Assembly: GCA_964457085.1 (NCBI GenBank)
Contig: CAYWDM010000005.1
Span: 12,065 to 76,064, forward strand
Length of the DNA stretch: 64,000 nucleotides
Source of the DNA: an uncultured Pseudomonadales bacterium
Lineage (GTDB): Bacteria > Patescibacteriota > Microgenomatia > UBA1400 > PJMF01
Reading direction: 5' to 3'
This document shows, in pieces, positions 27,891 through 38,297 of this stretch (its first letter is position 1; every line of letters begins with the position of its first letter). A model generated the notes under the pieces. That model searched no databases and had not been told where the DNA came from. It was given only the letters and a program-made list of their open reading frames with translations. The position numbers and the translations under genes are program-made.

Positions 27891-30179
27891 GTGCTACAAT
27901 TACCAGATATGGACAAGCAGTACGATCACAAAACTAACGAGCAAACAATCTCAAGTTTATGGGACAAAACAGCAGTTTTTAATCCTGATACCTCCAAAAA
28001 AGCTGATACCAACCACAAGCGTAAATCCTTTTGTATCATCATGCCGCCTCCAAATGCGAATGACCCACTGCATATAGGTCACGCAATGTTTGTTTCGCTT
28101 GAAGATGCTCTGATTCGCTATCACCGTATGCTGGATGAAGACACAGTCTGGATTCCAGGCACCGATCATGCGGGTATCGAAACCCAATATGTATACGAGA
28201 AAAAACTCAAAAAAAGCAACCAGAGTCGCTTCCAATTTGACCGCGAAACCCTCTACAAAAACATTTGGAGTTATGTGCAGGACAACAGCGGCGTCGCCGT
28301 TGATCAAATAAAAAAATTGGGTGCAAGTGTTGATTGGTCACGATACAAATTCACCCTTGATGCTGATATTGTTAAAACAGTATTAGCCACCTTCCAAAAA
28401 TTGGCTGATTCTGGCTTGATTTACCGCGATAATAAGCTCGTTAATTACTGTACCAAATGTGGCACTGCATTTAGCAACCTCGAGATTAAACACCACGAGA
28501 GCACCTCTCCACTCTATTATCTAAAATATGGCCCATTTACACTCGCAACCACTCGACCAGAAACCAAATTTGGTGACACAGCCGTAGCAGTTCACCCCGA
28601 AGATGCCAGGTATCAGGAATACATTGGCAAGGAAATCGAGGTTGAGGGTCTCAATGGACTATTCAAGCTCAAGGCAATCGCTGACACTTTTGTCGATAAA
28701 GAATTTGGGACAGGTGTCGTTAAGATTACTCCATATCACGATTTTAACGATTTTGAATTCTGGAAACGCCACAAGGCAGAAATGCCTGAACCAAAACAAG
28801 TCATTGATTTACATGGAAAATTAACAGCTGTGGCAGGTAAATACGAGGGACTTAAAATTGCGGCTGCTCGTGAGCAAGTTGTGGCTGATCTGCAAGCAAA
28901 AGATTTAATCGTTAAAATTGACAAAAACTATCAAAATTCAGTTGCGATTTGCTACCGCTGTAGTAGTGTTATTGAGCCACTACCACTCCCCCAATTTTAT
29001 GTCAAAGTTAAGCCACTTACTCAAGTTGTGCTTGAAAAAATCGATGCAGGCGAAGTTGAAGTAATTGGTGCCGGACACGATAAAATTCTGCGTCACTGGC
29101 TAAATACGCTCGAGGACTGGAACATTAGTCGCCAAATTGTTTGGGGCATCCGCATGCCAGTCTGGTACAACACAAAACAATATCCCAACAGTACTGTGGT
29201 ATTTTTGGATAAAAATGGTCAAAAAGTTAGCGGCCAAATCAGTGAATTGCTGAACCAAGTAGACCACCGGTATTCGCTTGAAGAGATTTCTGCTGGACTA
29301 CAAAGTCTGCATGCACCAGTAGATGCTAGCTTTACCATATCCACCACTTCACCTGGTCCGACATATATCCAGGAAACTGACACCTTTGACACTTGGTTTT
29401 CCTCAAGTCAGTGGCCGTTTGCCACACTGCAGAACACCAAACTAAATGACTTTAAGCGCTTTTATCCCACCAATGTGATGGAAACTGGCTACGACATTTT
29501 GCCTTTTTGGGTGATGCGAATGCTGATGATGGGACTATTCGTGACTGGCACTGTTCCTTTTAAGCAAGTGTACCTCCATGGCCTGGTAAGAGATCAAAAA
29601 GGTCAAAAAATGAGTAAGAGCAAAGGCAATGTAGTCAATCCACTTGAAATCACCGAAAAATATGGTGCTGATGCCCTCAGAATGGCACTAGTCATTAGAT
29701 CGTCTGCAGGTTTAGACAAGTCTGTTGGCGAGGGAGATTTTAAAGCAATGCGAAATCTTTCAAACAAAGTCTGGAATGCCGCGAGATTTGTATTGATGCA
29801 GCAAGATAATACTGCCTTTTCTGCAGCTGAATTGCCAGCGGACAAACAGTTTCTGAGTAAAATATCAGATCAAGAAGTCATCGACAAACTCTCTGATCTG
29901 CGATCCCAAGTTAGTCGAAATCTTGACCAACTACAAATTGGCTTGGCCGCGGAAACAACCTACAATGAGTTTTGGCATTGGTACTGTGATCAAATAATTG
30001 AAGCTGGAAAATACGGATACATCAATAAAAAAACCGTTTTGTATGGACTACAATCATTCTTAAAAATGTTGCATCCATTTATACCTTTCGTTACAGAAGC
30101 AATCTGGCAAGAGTTGTATGCCCTAAAGCTTGTTGCTGAACCAATCTTGGCTGCTAGTTCCTGGCATGAAAATACTTAA
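27891..30179 (+). CDS. valS: valine--tRNA ligase (compact form)
   Basis: PPPNANDPLHIGHA (HIGH region, ValRS-type PPPN), DWNISRQIVWGIRMP (ValRS W-C-I-S-R-Q motif), KMSKSKGN; likely true start MDKQY at 27909. Confidence 0.7.
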   Translation: MLQLPDMDKQYDHKTNEQTISSLWDKTAVFNPDTSKKADTNHKRKSFCIIMPPPNANDPLHIGHAMFVSLEDALIRYHRMLDEDTVWIPGTDHAGIETQYVYEKKLKKSNQSRFQFDRETLYKNIWSYVQDNSGVAVDQIKKLGASVDWSRYKFTLDADIVKTVLATFQKLADSGLIYRDNKLVNYCTKCGTAFSNLEIKHHESTSPLYYLKYGPFTLATTRPETKFGDTAVAVHPEDARYQEYIGKEIEVEGLNGLFKLKAIADTFVDKEFGTGVVKITPYHDFNDFEFWKRHKAEMPEPKQVIDLHGKLTAVAGKYEGLKIAAAREQVVADLQAKDLIVKIDKNYQNSVAICYRCSSVIEPLPLPQFYVKVKPLTQVVLEKIDAGEVEVIGAGHDKILRHWLNTLEDWNISRQIVWGIRMPVWYNTKQYPNSTVVFLDKNGQKVSGQISELLNQVDHRYSLEEISAGLQSLHAPVDASFTISTTSPGPTYIQETDTFDTWFSSSQWPFATLQNTKLNDFKRFYPTNVMETGYDILPFWVMRMLMMGLFVTGTVPFKQVYLHGLVRDQKGQKMSKSKGNVVNPLEITEKYGADALRMALVIRSSAGLDKSVGEGDFKAMRNLSNKVWNAARFVLMQQDNTAFSAAELPADKQFLSKISDQEVIDKLSDLRSQVSRNLDQLQIGLAAETTYNEFWHWYCDQIIEAGKYGYINKKTVLYGLQSFLKMLHPFIPFVTEAIWQELYALKLVAEPILAASSWHENT

Positions 30180-30618
30180 CATTCTCTGGTTTTACAGTCG
30201 ACTCTGCATCGTTAATCTTAGCTTCATTTTTTGGTACGTCTTTCACCTATATTTCAGCACTCGCATTTTTCTGATCTCGCTCTGTGCAGTTAGTTTTACA
30301 GTGCTGTTAGTGATTTTTCAGATTTTTACCTGGAAAACACCTTTTTTTACTGTAGTAGAAACTGACCAAAAAAAGAATATTTTACTCAAGAACACCCCTG
30401 AAGAATTTACAGAGAAAATATATACGGCTAACCAAATAAATGAGCGTGAAAAGCATTTATACGCAAACCTCGCCAAACAACCCAACCACAGAGACATACT
30501 CATTAACTTGACTCTGCTCCACTCTATGGATGATAGCTCTGCCGAGCTGACTAATATTAAAAACAGGCTGTTGATTGTTGATCCTAATCATTTCATTGTT
30601 CGTCAGATAGTCAGATAG
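30130..30618 (+). CDS. hypothetical membrane protein (may be spurious)
   Basis: ORF overlapping the valS 3' end by 50 nt; two hydrophobic segments; fills the gap to the terminator. Confidence 0.25.
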   Translation: MLLNQSWLLVPGMKILNILWFYSRLCIVNLSFIFWYVFHLYFSTRIFLISLCAVSFTVLLVIFQIFTWKTPFFTVVETDQKKNILLKNTPEEFTEKIYTANQINEREKHLYANLAKQPNHRDILINLTLLHSMDDSSAELTNIKNRLLIVDPNHFIVRQIVR

Positions 30619-30639
30619 ATTTTTTTATTCAACCAAAAC

Positions 30640-30670
30640 AAAAAAACCGCACTAGTTAGGTGCGGTTTAG
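30640..30670. terminator. bidirectional rho-independent terminator between convergent genes (valS side and rplY)
   Basis: AAAAAAACCGCAC-tagttag-GTGCGGTTT: GC-rich 7-8 bp stem, A-run on one side, T-run on the other. Confidence 0.7.
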
Positions 30671-30688
30671 ACAACAAATTGATTAGAG

Positions 30689-31336
30689 CTAGGTTTTTTC
30701 TGGCTCAGCTACTTCTGGAGTAGCTGCTTCGCCCTCACCCTCAACCACAGTCTCTGGAGTTGTTTCTTCTTCAACCTCAACTTTTTGCTCCTGCACTAAT
30801 ACGATTGGGGTCTCTAGATCTTCTTCAGACAACATTAAGGTAACTTTGTCACCAAATGTAGCGACATCTTTAATCAAAATACTTTGACCAATTTCTGTGA
30901 GTATGCCTAGATCAACGACGATCTTTTCTGGCATTTCGGTTGGTAATGCCTCAAGTGGTAGAGTCTCTTTGAGCGTAACCAACACACCGTTTGTAACGTC
31001 AAACACACCAGTGAACTCAATGGCCACTTCAGCAGTAATCTTCTCTTTGAGTGACACATTTCTAAAAACTACGTGTAAAAATTTACCAGAAAGAGGATCG
31101 ATTTGAACTTCTTGAACCAAAACTGGCAACTGCTGTTTGCCATCGATTTCCAAGTAAACCAAACCACTCTCCCCTACATGATCATACAATTTAACAAAAT
31201 CAGTCGATTTCACAGTCAGCATAATTGACTCTTTACCTGGCAAATAGACATTTGCAGGCATTAAACCCTGACTTCTAATTAGCTTTGGCTTGACGCCACT
31301 CTCTCTATGTGCGGCATTAAACACTACTTTTTGCAT
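30689..31336 (-). CDS. rplY: 50S ribosomal protein L25 / general stress protein Ctc form
   Basis: N-terminal L25 domain (RESGVKPKLIRSQGLMPANVY) plus the C-terminal acidic extension typical of Ctc-type L25. Confidence 0.8.
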   Translation of the reverse strand: MQKVVFNAAHRESGVKPKLIRSQGLMPANVYLPGKESIMLTVKSTDFVKLYDHVGESGLVYLEIDGKQQLPVLVQEVQIDPLSGKFLHVVFRNVSLKEKITAEVAIEFTGVFDVTNGVLVTLKETLPLEALPTEMPEKIVVDLGILTEIGQSILIKDVATFGDKVTLMLSEEDLETPIVLVQEQKVEVEEETTPETVVEGEGEAATPEVAEPEKT

Positions 31337-31567
31337 ATCTACCTTTCAGGTGATTTTCTTGATGCAAGCATTATAGCCTATCAGCCAATAGCTCCAACCG
31401 CCTATCGAGACGTTAATGTAGCGTTCAGGTTCTATATCATTTGAGCTCAAACTAAAAAACGAAAACTCACCAAAAATGGTGTTAAAAAAGATTGACTGAA
31501 GAAGTAAAAATAAATAAGTTTTCGGGTCTCACGTGAAAAACATGCGTAGCATCAATCCAAAATTGCC

Positions 31568-34500
31568 CTACTCCAGAGTTAGACCAACAGCCTCATCGCC
31601 AAATTCAGGAATTTGAAATCTAAGCACGTTCCCATCAATGTCTGCTTTTGGAGCAACAACCCTTGCCTTGAGTTTTTTATCAAGTGTTACTATCACTTCT
31701 TTACTTGCCCTATCGCCCGATTGTCTTTGGTTAAAAAAGAAGTATGAAAAAGGTTTTTCAAAGGCGTGATCAAGCTGATATTCAAGACGTACAACCATGT
31801 TTTTTTGCTTGGCCACATCTACAGATGCTCCAAGAATCCGCTGTCCGTTTTCTGTATAAATTGTAAGGGCTTCTGAACTAATTGGTATCGAATTGAGTGA
31901 AATTGATAGTAACTTTGAAGTGGCAGGAATGTAAAATTTCAGATACGCTCGGTATGTCCCCTGAGGCCAAAGATCTAGCTTGGCGTTATTTATGTATGTG
32001 ACTACACGTTGGTGAATGACATTTTTTTCATTGATTGCGATTTTATCTTCTACTTTTTTCTCAACATATCCGTTAACTTTATTGATGCCTACATTAGCAT
32101 CAACTTGGTAAAGGCTGTCAAGAACACATGTGTTTTCAAGAAACTGACTGGGACATTTGGGTGTAATTAAACTACCATCCCAACCAAGTTCCTTTAGTAA
32201 CTGTGCGTCATCAGTATTAAAGCTGCTAAAAGCTATCTCTTTTCTCTGTAGGCCCCTATAAAAAACTTCAAAAAATTGAGTGGCTTTCTCAGCTTCGAGT
32301 TTCTTGATTTGGTCAAGTATTTTGGTTAATACTAAAGCAGTATATTCAACTTTTTTGCCCGCTTTATTTTCAACTTTCCCCTCTGCATGAAACTCCAATT
32401 TGTCATAGATATTTTTATCTGTAATTTCTTCATTAAATTCATCCAAAGATATGGGCCCAGTTATCTTTAATAGTTCCTGAATTGAGCTGTAGTTGAGAGC
32501 AATTACTCCGTCAACAGATCTTCCTAAAGACTCCTCGACAAACCAGTTGACTTGTTTTGCTGTGGTTGGAAAATCTGGGTTCCAGTTACTATCCCGCAAG
32601 TACCATTTCTGCTCCCCGAGTGTTTTCTTAATTTCATCCGGAGGCTTGACTGCACTAGTCAATTTATTATCAATCTCATAGGTGTTATAGACTTTTGAAT
32701 CAACTAACACTCCTCTATTCCACGTTAATAGCAACACATTTTGCAAAAATCCTCCAGTTGGCCGAAGTTCCAAATCATTTTGAATTAAAACTGCATAGGT
32801 CTTTTTTTCTTTCATGCCAAGAATTTCTGGAGTTGCTTGTAAAAACCTAGCAATTATTGCTGAATTATCAATATTTTTATTAATGTTATCTGTACTCCCA
32901 CTTAATATGTCCTGTTGTGACTGAGTCAGATCAGCAATGTCGATTCTCTCAAAAAAACCAAGCAGAGAGCTCAGTTTTTCATGCGAACTTCCCAATAATT
33001 CAACCATTCCTTGACTGACAGAGTTTATGTCGTATTCTGCCCCACCCTGAATGCCATCCAACCATTGGGCTGAGGTTTTGTTAATTTTCTGATTAATCTC
33101 TACTATTTCACCAATTACTGATGCTAATTCCGCCAATACTTTTCCTCCTTCCACCATCTCTTCTTTGACAATTTTTGAATACTCTGTAACCTGTGTCTCA
33201 AGAAGACTCGTCCAGTTGTTTTGGCCATCAACTAATTGCTGTGAGTTTGCTGCCTCTGCAAGTGATAAAAAGACTGCTTTTCTCGACTGAAAAACCGATA
33301 GCTGATACAAGCCGATTAATAAGGCTGTCACACAACCTGCCCCCACCAAAGCTAGACCTCCAAGGAACATTGCCTTATGTTTCTTGGATTTGAAGATAAT
33401 CTTTTTTGTAGCTTTTACTTTTTGAGTAATGCGTTGTTTTTTTTGGCTAGTCCTGGAAGTTAAAAAGATTTTTTGGAGTTCCTGATCAAGATATACAACT
33501 CCTTTTTCTTTTATTTCAATTGGTTCATCAGCCTTTTTTTGTTCTTTCAGGATTTGGGTTGCAGAGATTGATTCATCCCATGTTTCAATGACAAGATCTT
33601 CTTGCATTTTACCAGGCTCAATATCATCTTTTTCCTGATTCATCAATATATTATTTACATAGTGATGATTCTCAGGGGTAGTTTTAGTGTCGGTTTTTTC
33701 CGATTCTACATCTTCCTTGTAAGTAGATTTACCGGTGTTTTTATGCCATTTAGTGGGCAGGTGGCTAGAATTGATGCGTGATTCACCTTGGCTGTATGTA
33801 GCTAAATCTTTCACGGATAAATTGATTGGGTCTTTTTCAGCTTGAATTAGCTCTGTATTTATTTTTTGAATCTCCTTTAGAAAAGAGGGGAGAGAACGCA
33901 CTTTTGAGTCAAGCATCTCCTCACAGGAGGTCTGAGTTTGACAAGAAATTGACTCCGCGATGAGTGCAAGTGGACTTGATTGAGCAGTTACACTCAATAT
34001 AGAAAGGTTCTCTCGAAAATATTGATAATATGACCGTTTTATTTTGTCCAACCAAAAACTTGCGAGTTTTTTCTTACCATGTATGGTCACGACTTGAGAT
34101 ATATGAGGTTTGAGTAACTGAGCAACAACTGCGAGATACACTGCATCAATTGGTTGTAGATATACTGGACATTCTGGGTCAAATAAAACTCCCTGAGATA
34201 CTCCTAGAAAAGAGTAGAGTAATGGTAATTCCATGTTCTCTGAATAATCAGCTGTGTCGATTCCAATAAAAATCTGAGCTTTATTAAACTGTGTTAGTTT
34301 ATTGACCACATCCTTCTCAAAATTGTTGATTTGCTGGAAACCAACTAGGATTGGAGAAGAAAACTCACTTAGATCGAGAGAAGATCGGTGAACAATGGCG
34401 ATAATGGACTCAGACCTTTTACTCAAGATGTTTAGCGATTCTAGCGTCAGAATATGTTGCTGTAACAGTGTATTATTCTGATGGACTATGTCATTTAGCC

Positions 34501-34732
34501 AGCTGCTCTGAGAAGAAAAGCCATGTAAAAAAAGTATTTTATAGATCTGGTGGTTTTTGTAATCCAAATCTTCGAGAGTTATCTCGAGTGCATTTGGTTC
34601 AACTCGGCAAACTGCCAGCCCACTTTCAAGAAAAAACTCTTCCAGCCACACCGCCAGAATGGACTGATCATCGACGATGACCACCACTGGTTCGGAAGAG
34701 ATGGCAGCAATATATGAAGAACCCATGGGCAA
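31568..34732 (-). CDS. large DUF4012-domain protein with single TM segment
   Basis: NDLELRPTGGFLQNV matches the DUF4012 core (E-x-R-x-TGG-F); one internal TM helix (FLGGLALVGAGCVTALLIGLY); 1054 aa. Confidence 0.55.
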   Translation of the reverse strand: MPMGSSYIAAISSEPVVVIVDDQSILAVWLEEFFLESGLAVCRVEPNALEITLEDLDYKNHQIYKILFLHGFSSQSSWLNDIVHQNNTLLQQHILTLESLNILSKRSESIIAIVHRSSLDLSEFSSPILVGFQQINNFEKDVVNKLTQFNKAQIFIGIDTADYSENMELPLLYSFLGVSQGVLFDPECPVYLQPIDAVYLAVVAQLLKPHISQVVTIHGKKKLASFWLDKIKRSYYQYFRENLSILSVTAQSSPLALIAESISCQTQTSCEEMLDSKVRSLPSFLKEIQKINTELIQAEKDPINLSVKDLATYSQGESRINSSHLPTKWHKNTGKSTYKEDVESEKTDTKTTPENHHYVNNILMNQEKDDIEPGKMQEDLVIETWDESISATQILKEQKKADEPIEIKEKGVVYLDQELQKIFLTSRTSQKKQRITQKVKATKKIIFKSKKHKAMFLGGLALVGAGCVTALLIGLYQLSVFQSRKAVFLSLAEAANSQQLVDGQNNWTSLLETQVTEYSKIVKEEMVEGGKVLAELASVIGEIVEINQKINKTSAQWLDGIQGGAEYDINSVSQGMVELLGSSHEKLSSLLGFFERIDIADLTQSQQDILSGSTDNINKNIDNSAIIARFLQATPEILGMKEKKTYAVLIQNDLELRPTGGFLQNVLLLTWNRGVLVDSKVYNTYEIDNKLTSAVKPPDEIKKTLGEQKWYLRDSNWNPDFPTTAKQVNWFVEESLGRSVDGVIALNYSSIQELLKITGPISLDEFNEEITDKNIYDKLEFHAEGKVENKAGKKVEYTALVLTKILDQIKKLEAEKATQFFEVFYRGLQRKEIAFSSFNTDDAQLLKELGWDGSLITPKCPSQFLENTCVLDSLYQVDANVGINKVNGYVEKKVEDKIAINEKNVIHQRVVTYINNAKLDLWPQGTYRAYLKFYIPATSKLLSISLNSIPISSEALTIYTENGQRILGASVDVAKQKNMVVRLEYQLDHAFEKPFSYFFFNQRQSGDRASKEVIVTLDKKLKARVVAPKADIDGNVLRFQIPEFGDEAVGLTLE

Positions 34733-34793
34733 GCTCCGCTCAAATCATTGTAGCAGTCGACGGTGGGGGAGCAACCTTCAGCTCAACTTCCTT

Positions 34794-35204
34794 TTATAAG
34801 CCTCGATCCATGGCGATGTTGGCAAGCTCATCGGCACGAGCATTTTCAGCCCTTGGGATATAATTAAATGAGTATTTGATTTTAACTTCAGCCAATAACA
34901 TCCAACATTTTTGAGCTAATTCTTGGAGTCTAAACTCTTTAATCTTCCAGCGTCGACTTAATTGTTCAACAACAAGTTTTGAATCAAGTCTCCAGCATAC
35001 TTCGATTAGATGTAAATCGGTTTTTTTAAGCCATTTAAGTGATTCAATTACTGCCTGATATTCAGCTTCATTGTTGGTCTTATGTCCCAAAAATGCATTT
35101 ATAGTATGTATTTCTTTATTGTCCTCAGTAAAAACTGCTACCCCGATACCTGCAGGACCAGGATTTCCTCTCGAACCGCCATCAGTGTTTATATACACTT
35201 TCAT
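34794..35204 (-). CDS. rnhA: ribonuclease HI
   Basis: TDGGSRGNPGPAGIG catalytic-Asp region; conserved NNEAEYQAV (E) and C-terminal ADELAN (D). Confidence 0.85.
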   Translation of the reverse strand: MKVYINTDGGSRGNPGPAGIGVAVFTEDNKEIHTINAFLGHKTNNEAEYQAVIESLKWLKKTDLHLIEVCWRLDSKLVVEQLSRRWKIKEFRLQELAQKCWMLLAEVKIKYSFNYIPRAENARADELANIAMDRGL

Positions 35205-35206
35205 GT

Positions 35207-35686
35207 TTATTCCGAATCAGGATATCCTTCATTTTTTATGCGCATCACCAGCACACGACCTCGATCTGTGTCTTCAGAAATAGTTTCCAGATCATTAAAT
35301 CTCATATCCTGACTTACTGCATGATGGATCAAATATCGCTCGTATGAATTTAAATAGCCAAAGCTATAACTTCTCCCTGATTCGAGAACTTTTTCAGCCA
35401 CAGAAAGTGCCTTTTCTTGTAATCGTTGTTCTTTTTGCTGTCGATAGTCTCCGATATCAAACACGATTTTCTGCTGAGCAAATTCTTCTTGGAAAACCAG
35501 GCGAAGAACCAGTTCAATAGCATCAAGTGTTTCACCTCGAGTACCAATAAAAATGCTTTTATATTCTTCTGATAGTTCAAGACTAACTCGAAGTCTTTCG
35601 CCATCCTGAACTGTGGTAACTGAAAAATCTTCTTCTGTTAGGCCACAGTGACTGCACAGTTGTTGAACGTATTGTTCAATTGTCAT
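35207..35686 (-). CDS. jag: Jag/KhpB-like RNA-binding protein (KH + R3H)
   Basis: IGTRGETLDAIE (KH GxxG-like) and C-terminal R3H context (YERYLIHHAVS); sits immediately downstream of yidC as in many bacteria. Confidence 0.7.
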   Translation of the reverse strand: MTIEQYVQQLCSHCGLTEEDFSVTTVQDGERLRVSLELSEEYKSIFIGTRGETLDAIELVLRLVFQEEFAQQKIVFDIGDYRQQKEQRLQEKALSVAEKVLESGRSYSFGYLNSYERYLIHHAVSQDMRFNDLETISEDTDRGRVLVMRIKNEGYPDSE

Positions 35687-35696
35687 ATTAAACTCC

Positions 35697-36458
35697 TTAT
35701 TTTCTAGTCTGCATCCAGAGACTTAATCGCTTGTAGTAAACGGCGAGGCCTCCAAGTCCAGAAACAAAATATTGTTGTACTACACTAAAAACGGTGGTGA
35801 CCACCCAATAAAGAGCTAGTCCTGCTGGAAATTGCACCGCAAAAAAGCCAGTCATTATGGGCATGATGTACATCATCTGTTGTTGCATGGTTGCTGCCAT
35901 CTCAGCAACATCTTCTTCTTTTTTATTTTCTTCTTGAACTTTTATTTTCTTACTCGAATTAGAAACTTTATCAGCCGTTTCTGTAACAGGCATAATCATC
36001 ACTGAAAGTATTAGCTGAGTTAAACCTGCTAATACAGGTAATACATAGCTATGATCTGGCTTAGTGAGATCTAAACCAAAAAAGTTGAAGTTGAGTGCCA
36101 CCCCATTAAAAGTTGGATTATTAAAGAAACTGAGTAGTGCTTGATATAGAACAATTAATACACCAAGTTGTAGCAGTTGAGGCAAACATCCCGCCAAGGG
36201 GTTAATGTTGTATTTTTTATACAACTCTGCTTGAGCTTGTTGTAATCCAGTCTTATCACCTTTGAATTTTAGTTTCAGTTTATCAAGTTCTGGTTTAAGA
36301 TCAGCAATTTGCTTTTGTGCCTTGATGGAGGGGAGAGTAATAGGAATTAAAATGGCTCGAATTATTATGGTGAAGAGCACTAATGCCCAGCCCACGCTTC
36401 CAACCATAGTATGTAATATAAAAAGCAACTGAGAAAATTGTGCGATTAAAAAGGACAT
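35697..36458 (-). CDS. yidC: membrane protein insertase YidC (short monoderm-type)
   Basis: Five-TM core with conserved GCLPQLLQ and GLALYWVVTTVFSVVQQ segments; 253 aa. Confidence 0.85.
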   Translation of the reverse strand: MSFLIAQFSQLLFILHTMVGSVGWALVLFTIIIRAILIPITLPSIKAQKQIADLKPELDKLKLKFKGDKTGLQQAQAELYKKYNINPLAGCLPQLLQLGVLIVLYQALLSFFNNPTFNGVALNFNFFGLDLTKPDHSYVLPVLAGLTQLILSVMIMPVTETADKVSNSSKKIKVQEENKKEEDVAEMAATMQQQMMYIMPIMTGFFAVQFPAGLALYWVVTTVFSVVQQYFVSGLGGLAVYYKRLSLWMQTRK

Positions 36459-36466
36459 ATATTGTT

Positions 36467-36670
36467 TTACCAGCAGCTAATAATACGGAGAATTCCTCGA
36501 CTCAATCCAACAATTGTACCATGTGTTTTTAATTGACTTTCCAGATATCTACTACAAGTTGGACTGTGTTTGCAATAAAAATTATAGCCAAAAACGCTAA
36601 AGAGTATTTGGTGTTTAATCGAAGACCACATTCTGTAGAAACGGATGAGAATAATAGAGAAGTTTTTCAT
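36467..36670 (-). CDS. yidD: membrane protein insertion efficiency factor YidD
   Basis: 67 aa with the C-x-x-x-P-T-C-S-x-Y core (CKHSPTCSRY). Confidence 0.75.
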   Translation of the reverse strand: MKNFSIILIRFYRMWSSIKHQILFSVFGYNFYCKHSPTCSRYLESQLKTHGTIVGLSRGILRIISCW

Positions 36671-36984
36671 TTATTAAAGGGAGAGATTATTTTTTTGAAT
36701 TCCTCCGAAATTTTTGAGGTGGAAACAAGTTTTTTTACGATTATCACTAATTGCAAAGAGTTAGAATTTCTGAAAAAGTCTTCGATCAAGACATATAAAT
36801 GACGCTTGATGGCATTTCTAACAACAGCTTTTTTAGAGACATTTTTACCCACGACAACCATTGCAATTGGTTCTCCGGCACCACATTTCAATACTAAACT
36901 ACTAGAGTGAATTCGAGAAAAAAACGGTAATCGCTGTCTCATCTCTGCAGAAGCGAGATTGAGTTTACGATTCTTTGCTAGCAT
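36667..36984 (-). CDS. rnpA: ribonuclease P protein component
   Basis: Basic about 105-aa protein with the RNR-type motif region (VVRNAIKRHLYV); located in the rpmH-rnpA-yidD-yidC order. Confidence 0.75.
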   Translation of the reverse strand: MLAKNRKLNLASAEMRQRLPFFSRIHSSSLVLKCGAGEPIAMVVVGKNVSKKAVVRNAIKRHLYVLIEDFFRNSNSLQLVIIVKKLVSTSKISEEFKKIISPFNK

Positions 36985-36987
36985 GGG

Positions 36988-37137
36988 TTATGATTTCTTG
37001 CGAACGGCGAGTTGTTTACGACCTTTTGTGCGTCTTCGCTTGATCATTTTGCGACCATTAAAAGACTTCATTCTTTTTAAAAAGCCGTGTACACGCAATC
37101 GTCGTTTCTTTTTAGGATTCCATGTTCGTTTTGTCAT
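36988..37137 (-). CDS. rpmH: 50S ribosomal protein L34
   Basis: Not in the ORF track (49 aa). Manual reverse-strand translation gives [49 protein letters not shown], the canonical L34 sequence. Confidence 0.9.
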   Translation of the reverse strand: MTKRTWNPKKKRRLRVHGFLKRMKSFNGRKMIKRRRTKGRKQLAVRKKS

Positions 37138-37181
37138 AGGCGGAGATTATATCAGCAGTTGAGTTTTTTGAGGAGTCCCTC

Positions 37182-38297
37182 CTAAGTTGCCTCATTTGCT
37201 CTAAATGGCATGACTATATATCTATACGATGAAACACCTAAAACTCCAAATTGTGCGGGGCGGAGTGACTCATTTAATGAGAATTGTAGGGTTTCTACCT
37301 TTGTATTTGTAATGAAATCCACCAGATAATTTGTGTTAAAAGAAATAGTGACTGGAACTTCGATCTTTTTATCAACTGGAATTTTTCCAGAGTATTCGCC
37401 ATAAGAAGCAGATTTTGCAAAGATTCCCAATTCTTCCCCACTTAAAGTTAAGTGCACAATATTTGATGAGTCTCTAGAGAAGAGGGTCGATCTTTTTAAT
37501 TGGGTTAACAGCTCCCCAGCGTCTAGCAAAACTTCTGTTTCATAAGTGGCAGGAATTATTTTTTCATATGGTGGATATTCACCTTCGATCAATCTCACAA
37601 AAAGTTGAGTATTTTCGATCGTGATTTTTACTTGTTTTAGTTCTTCTGAAACCGCAAAAGTGATTCTTTCTGCTTTCACTTGATTTGCAATGCGTACTGC
37701 CTCAGCAATGGCTTTCGAAGGAACTAACATTTTCCATGGCTCTTTTTGAGTGAGCGTACTCATTTTCAAAACTGCTAAACGAAAACCATCAGTGGCTGCA
37801 ACTTCAAGTTCTCCAGCATTGAATATAAAACAAAGAGAAGTGAGAACTGGTCTCGTCTGATCTATTGAAACTGCAAATGAAACGTTTCTCTCGATAGCAT
37901 TAATTTCCTCTAGTGTAAAACTAATTTCTCGTCCGATGACTTCTGGAAATTGAGGAAAGTCTTTTCCGCTTTGAATGGGGAGTTTTGTTGTAGAAGATCC
38001 AGATTTGACTAGTAGGTTCGTCTCGTTGAGTTCAAGATTAATGTCTCCAGGTGAGAGTGAAGACACTATCTGTTTGAAAATATCTCCTGGAACTGCAATC
38101 GTGCCATCTCTTTCAATTGCTGCTTCGCAAATACAGGTAACTCCAAAATACAAGTCTGTTGCTGAAAGTATTAACGTATTCTCAGTTGCTGTGATTAAAA
38201 TCGATGACAGTATCGGCAACTGAGGTTTTGTGGGAATCGCTTTTTGAAGATAATTAAGTGCTGTTTTAAGATTTTCTTGTAGTACCCTGATTTTCAT
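37182..38297 (-). CDS. dnaN: DNA polymerase III beta subunit (sliding clamp)
   Basis: MKIRVLQENLKTALNYLQKAIP... typical DnaN N-terminus. The track ORF extends to 38357 through the AT-rich unwinding region, so ATG 38295-38297 is preferred. Confidence 0.85.
   Translation of the reverse strand: MKIRVLQENLKTALNYLQKAIPTKPQLPILSSILITATENTLILSATDLYFGVTCICEAAIERDGTIAVPGDIFKQIVSSLSPGDINLELNETNLLVKSGSSTTKLPIQSGKDFPQFPEVIGREISFTLEEINAIERNVSFAVSIDQTRPVLTSLCFIFNAGELEVAATDGFRLAVLKMSTLTQKEPWKMLVPSKAIAEAVRIANQVKAERITFAVSEELKQVKITIENTQLFVRLIEGEYPPYEKIIPATYETEVLLDAGELLTQLKRSTLFSRDSSNIVHLTLSGEELGIFAKSASYGEYSGKIPVDKKIEVPVTISFNTNYLVDFITNTKVETLQFSLNESLRPAQFGVLGVSSYRYIVMPFRANEAT

Noticed and set aside
31337-31567. 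231-bp intergenic region between rplY and the DUF4012 gene as possible ncRNA or tRNA
   Set aside because: No cloverleaf-compatible pairing or conserved RNA motif recognisable by eye; likely just a promoter/5' UTR region
34500-34732. Response-regulator receiver domain at the N-terminus of the DUF4012 protein
   Set aside because: Only the first beta-strand/acidic pair resembles a receiver; the phospho-acceptor Asp position is not conserved, so it is not called as a feature
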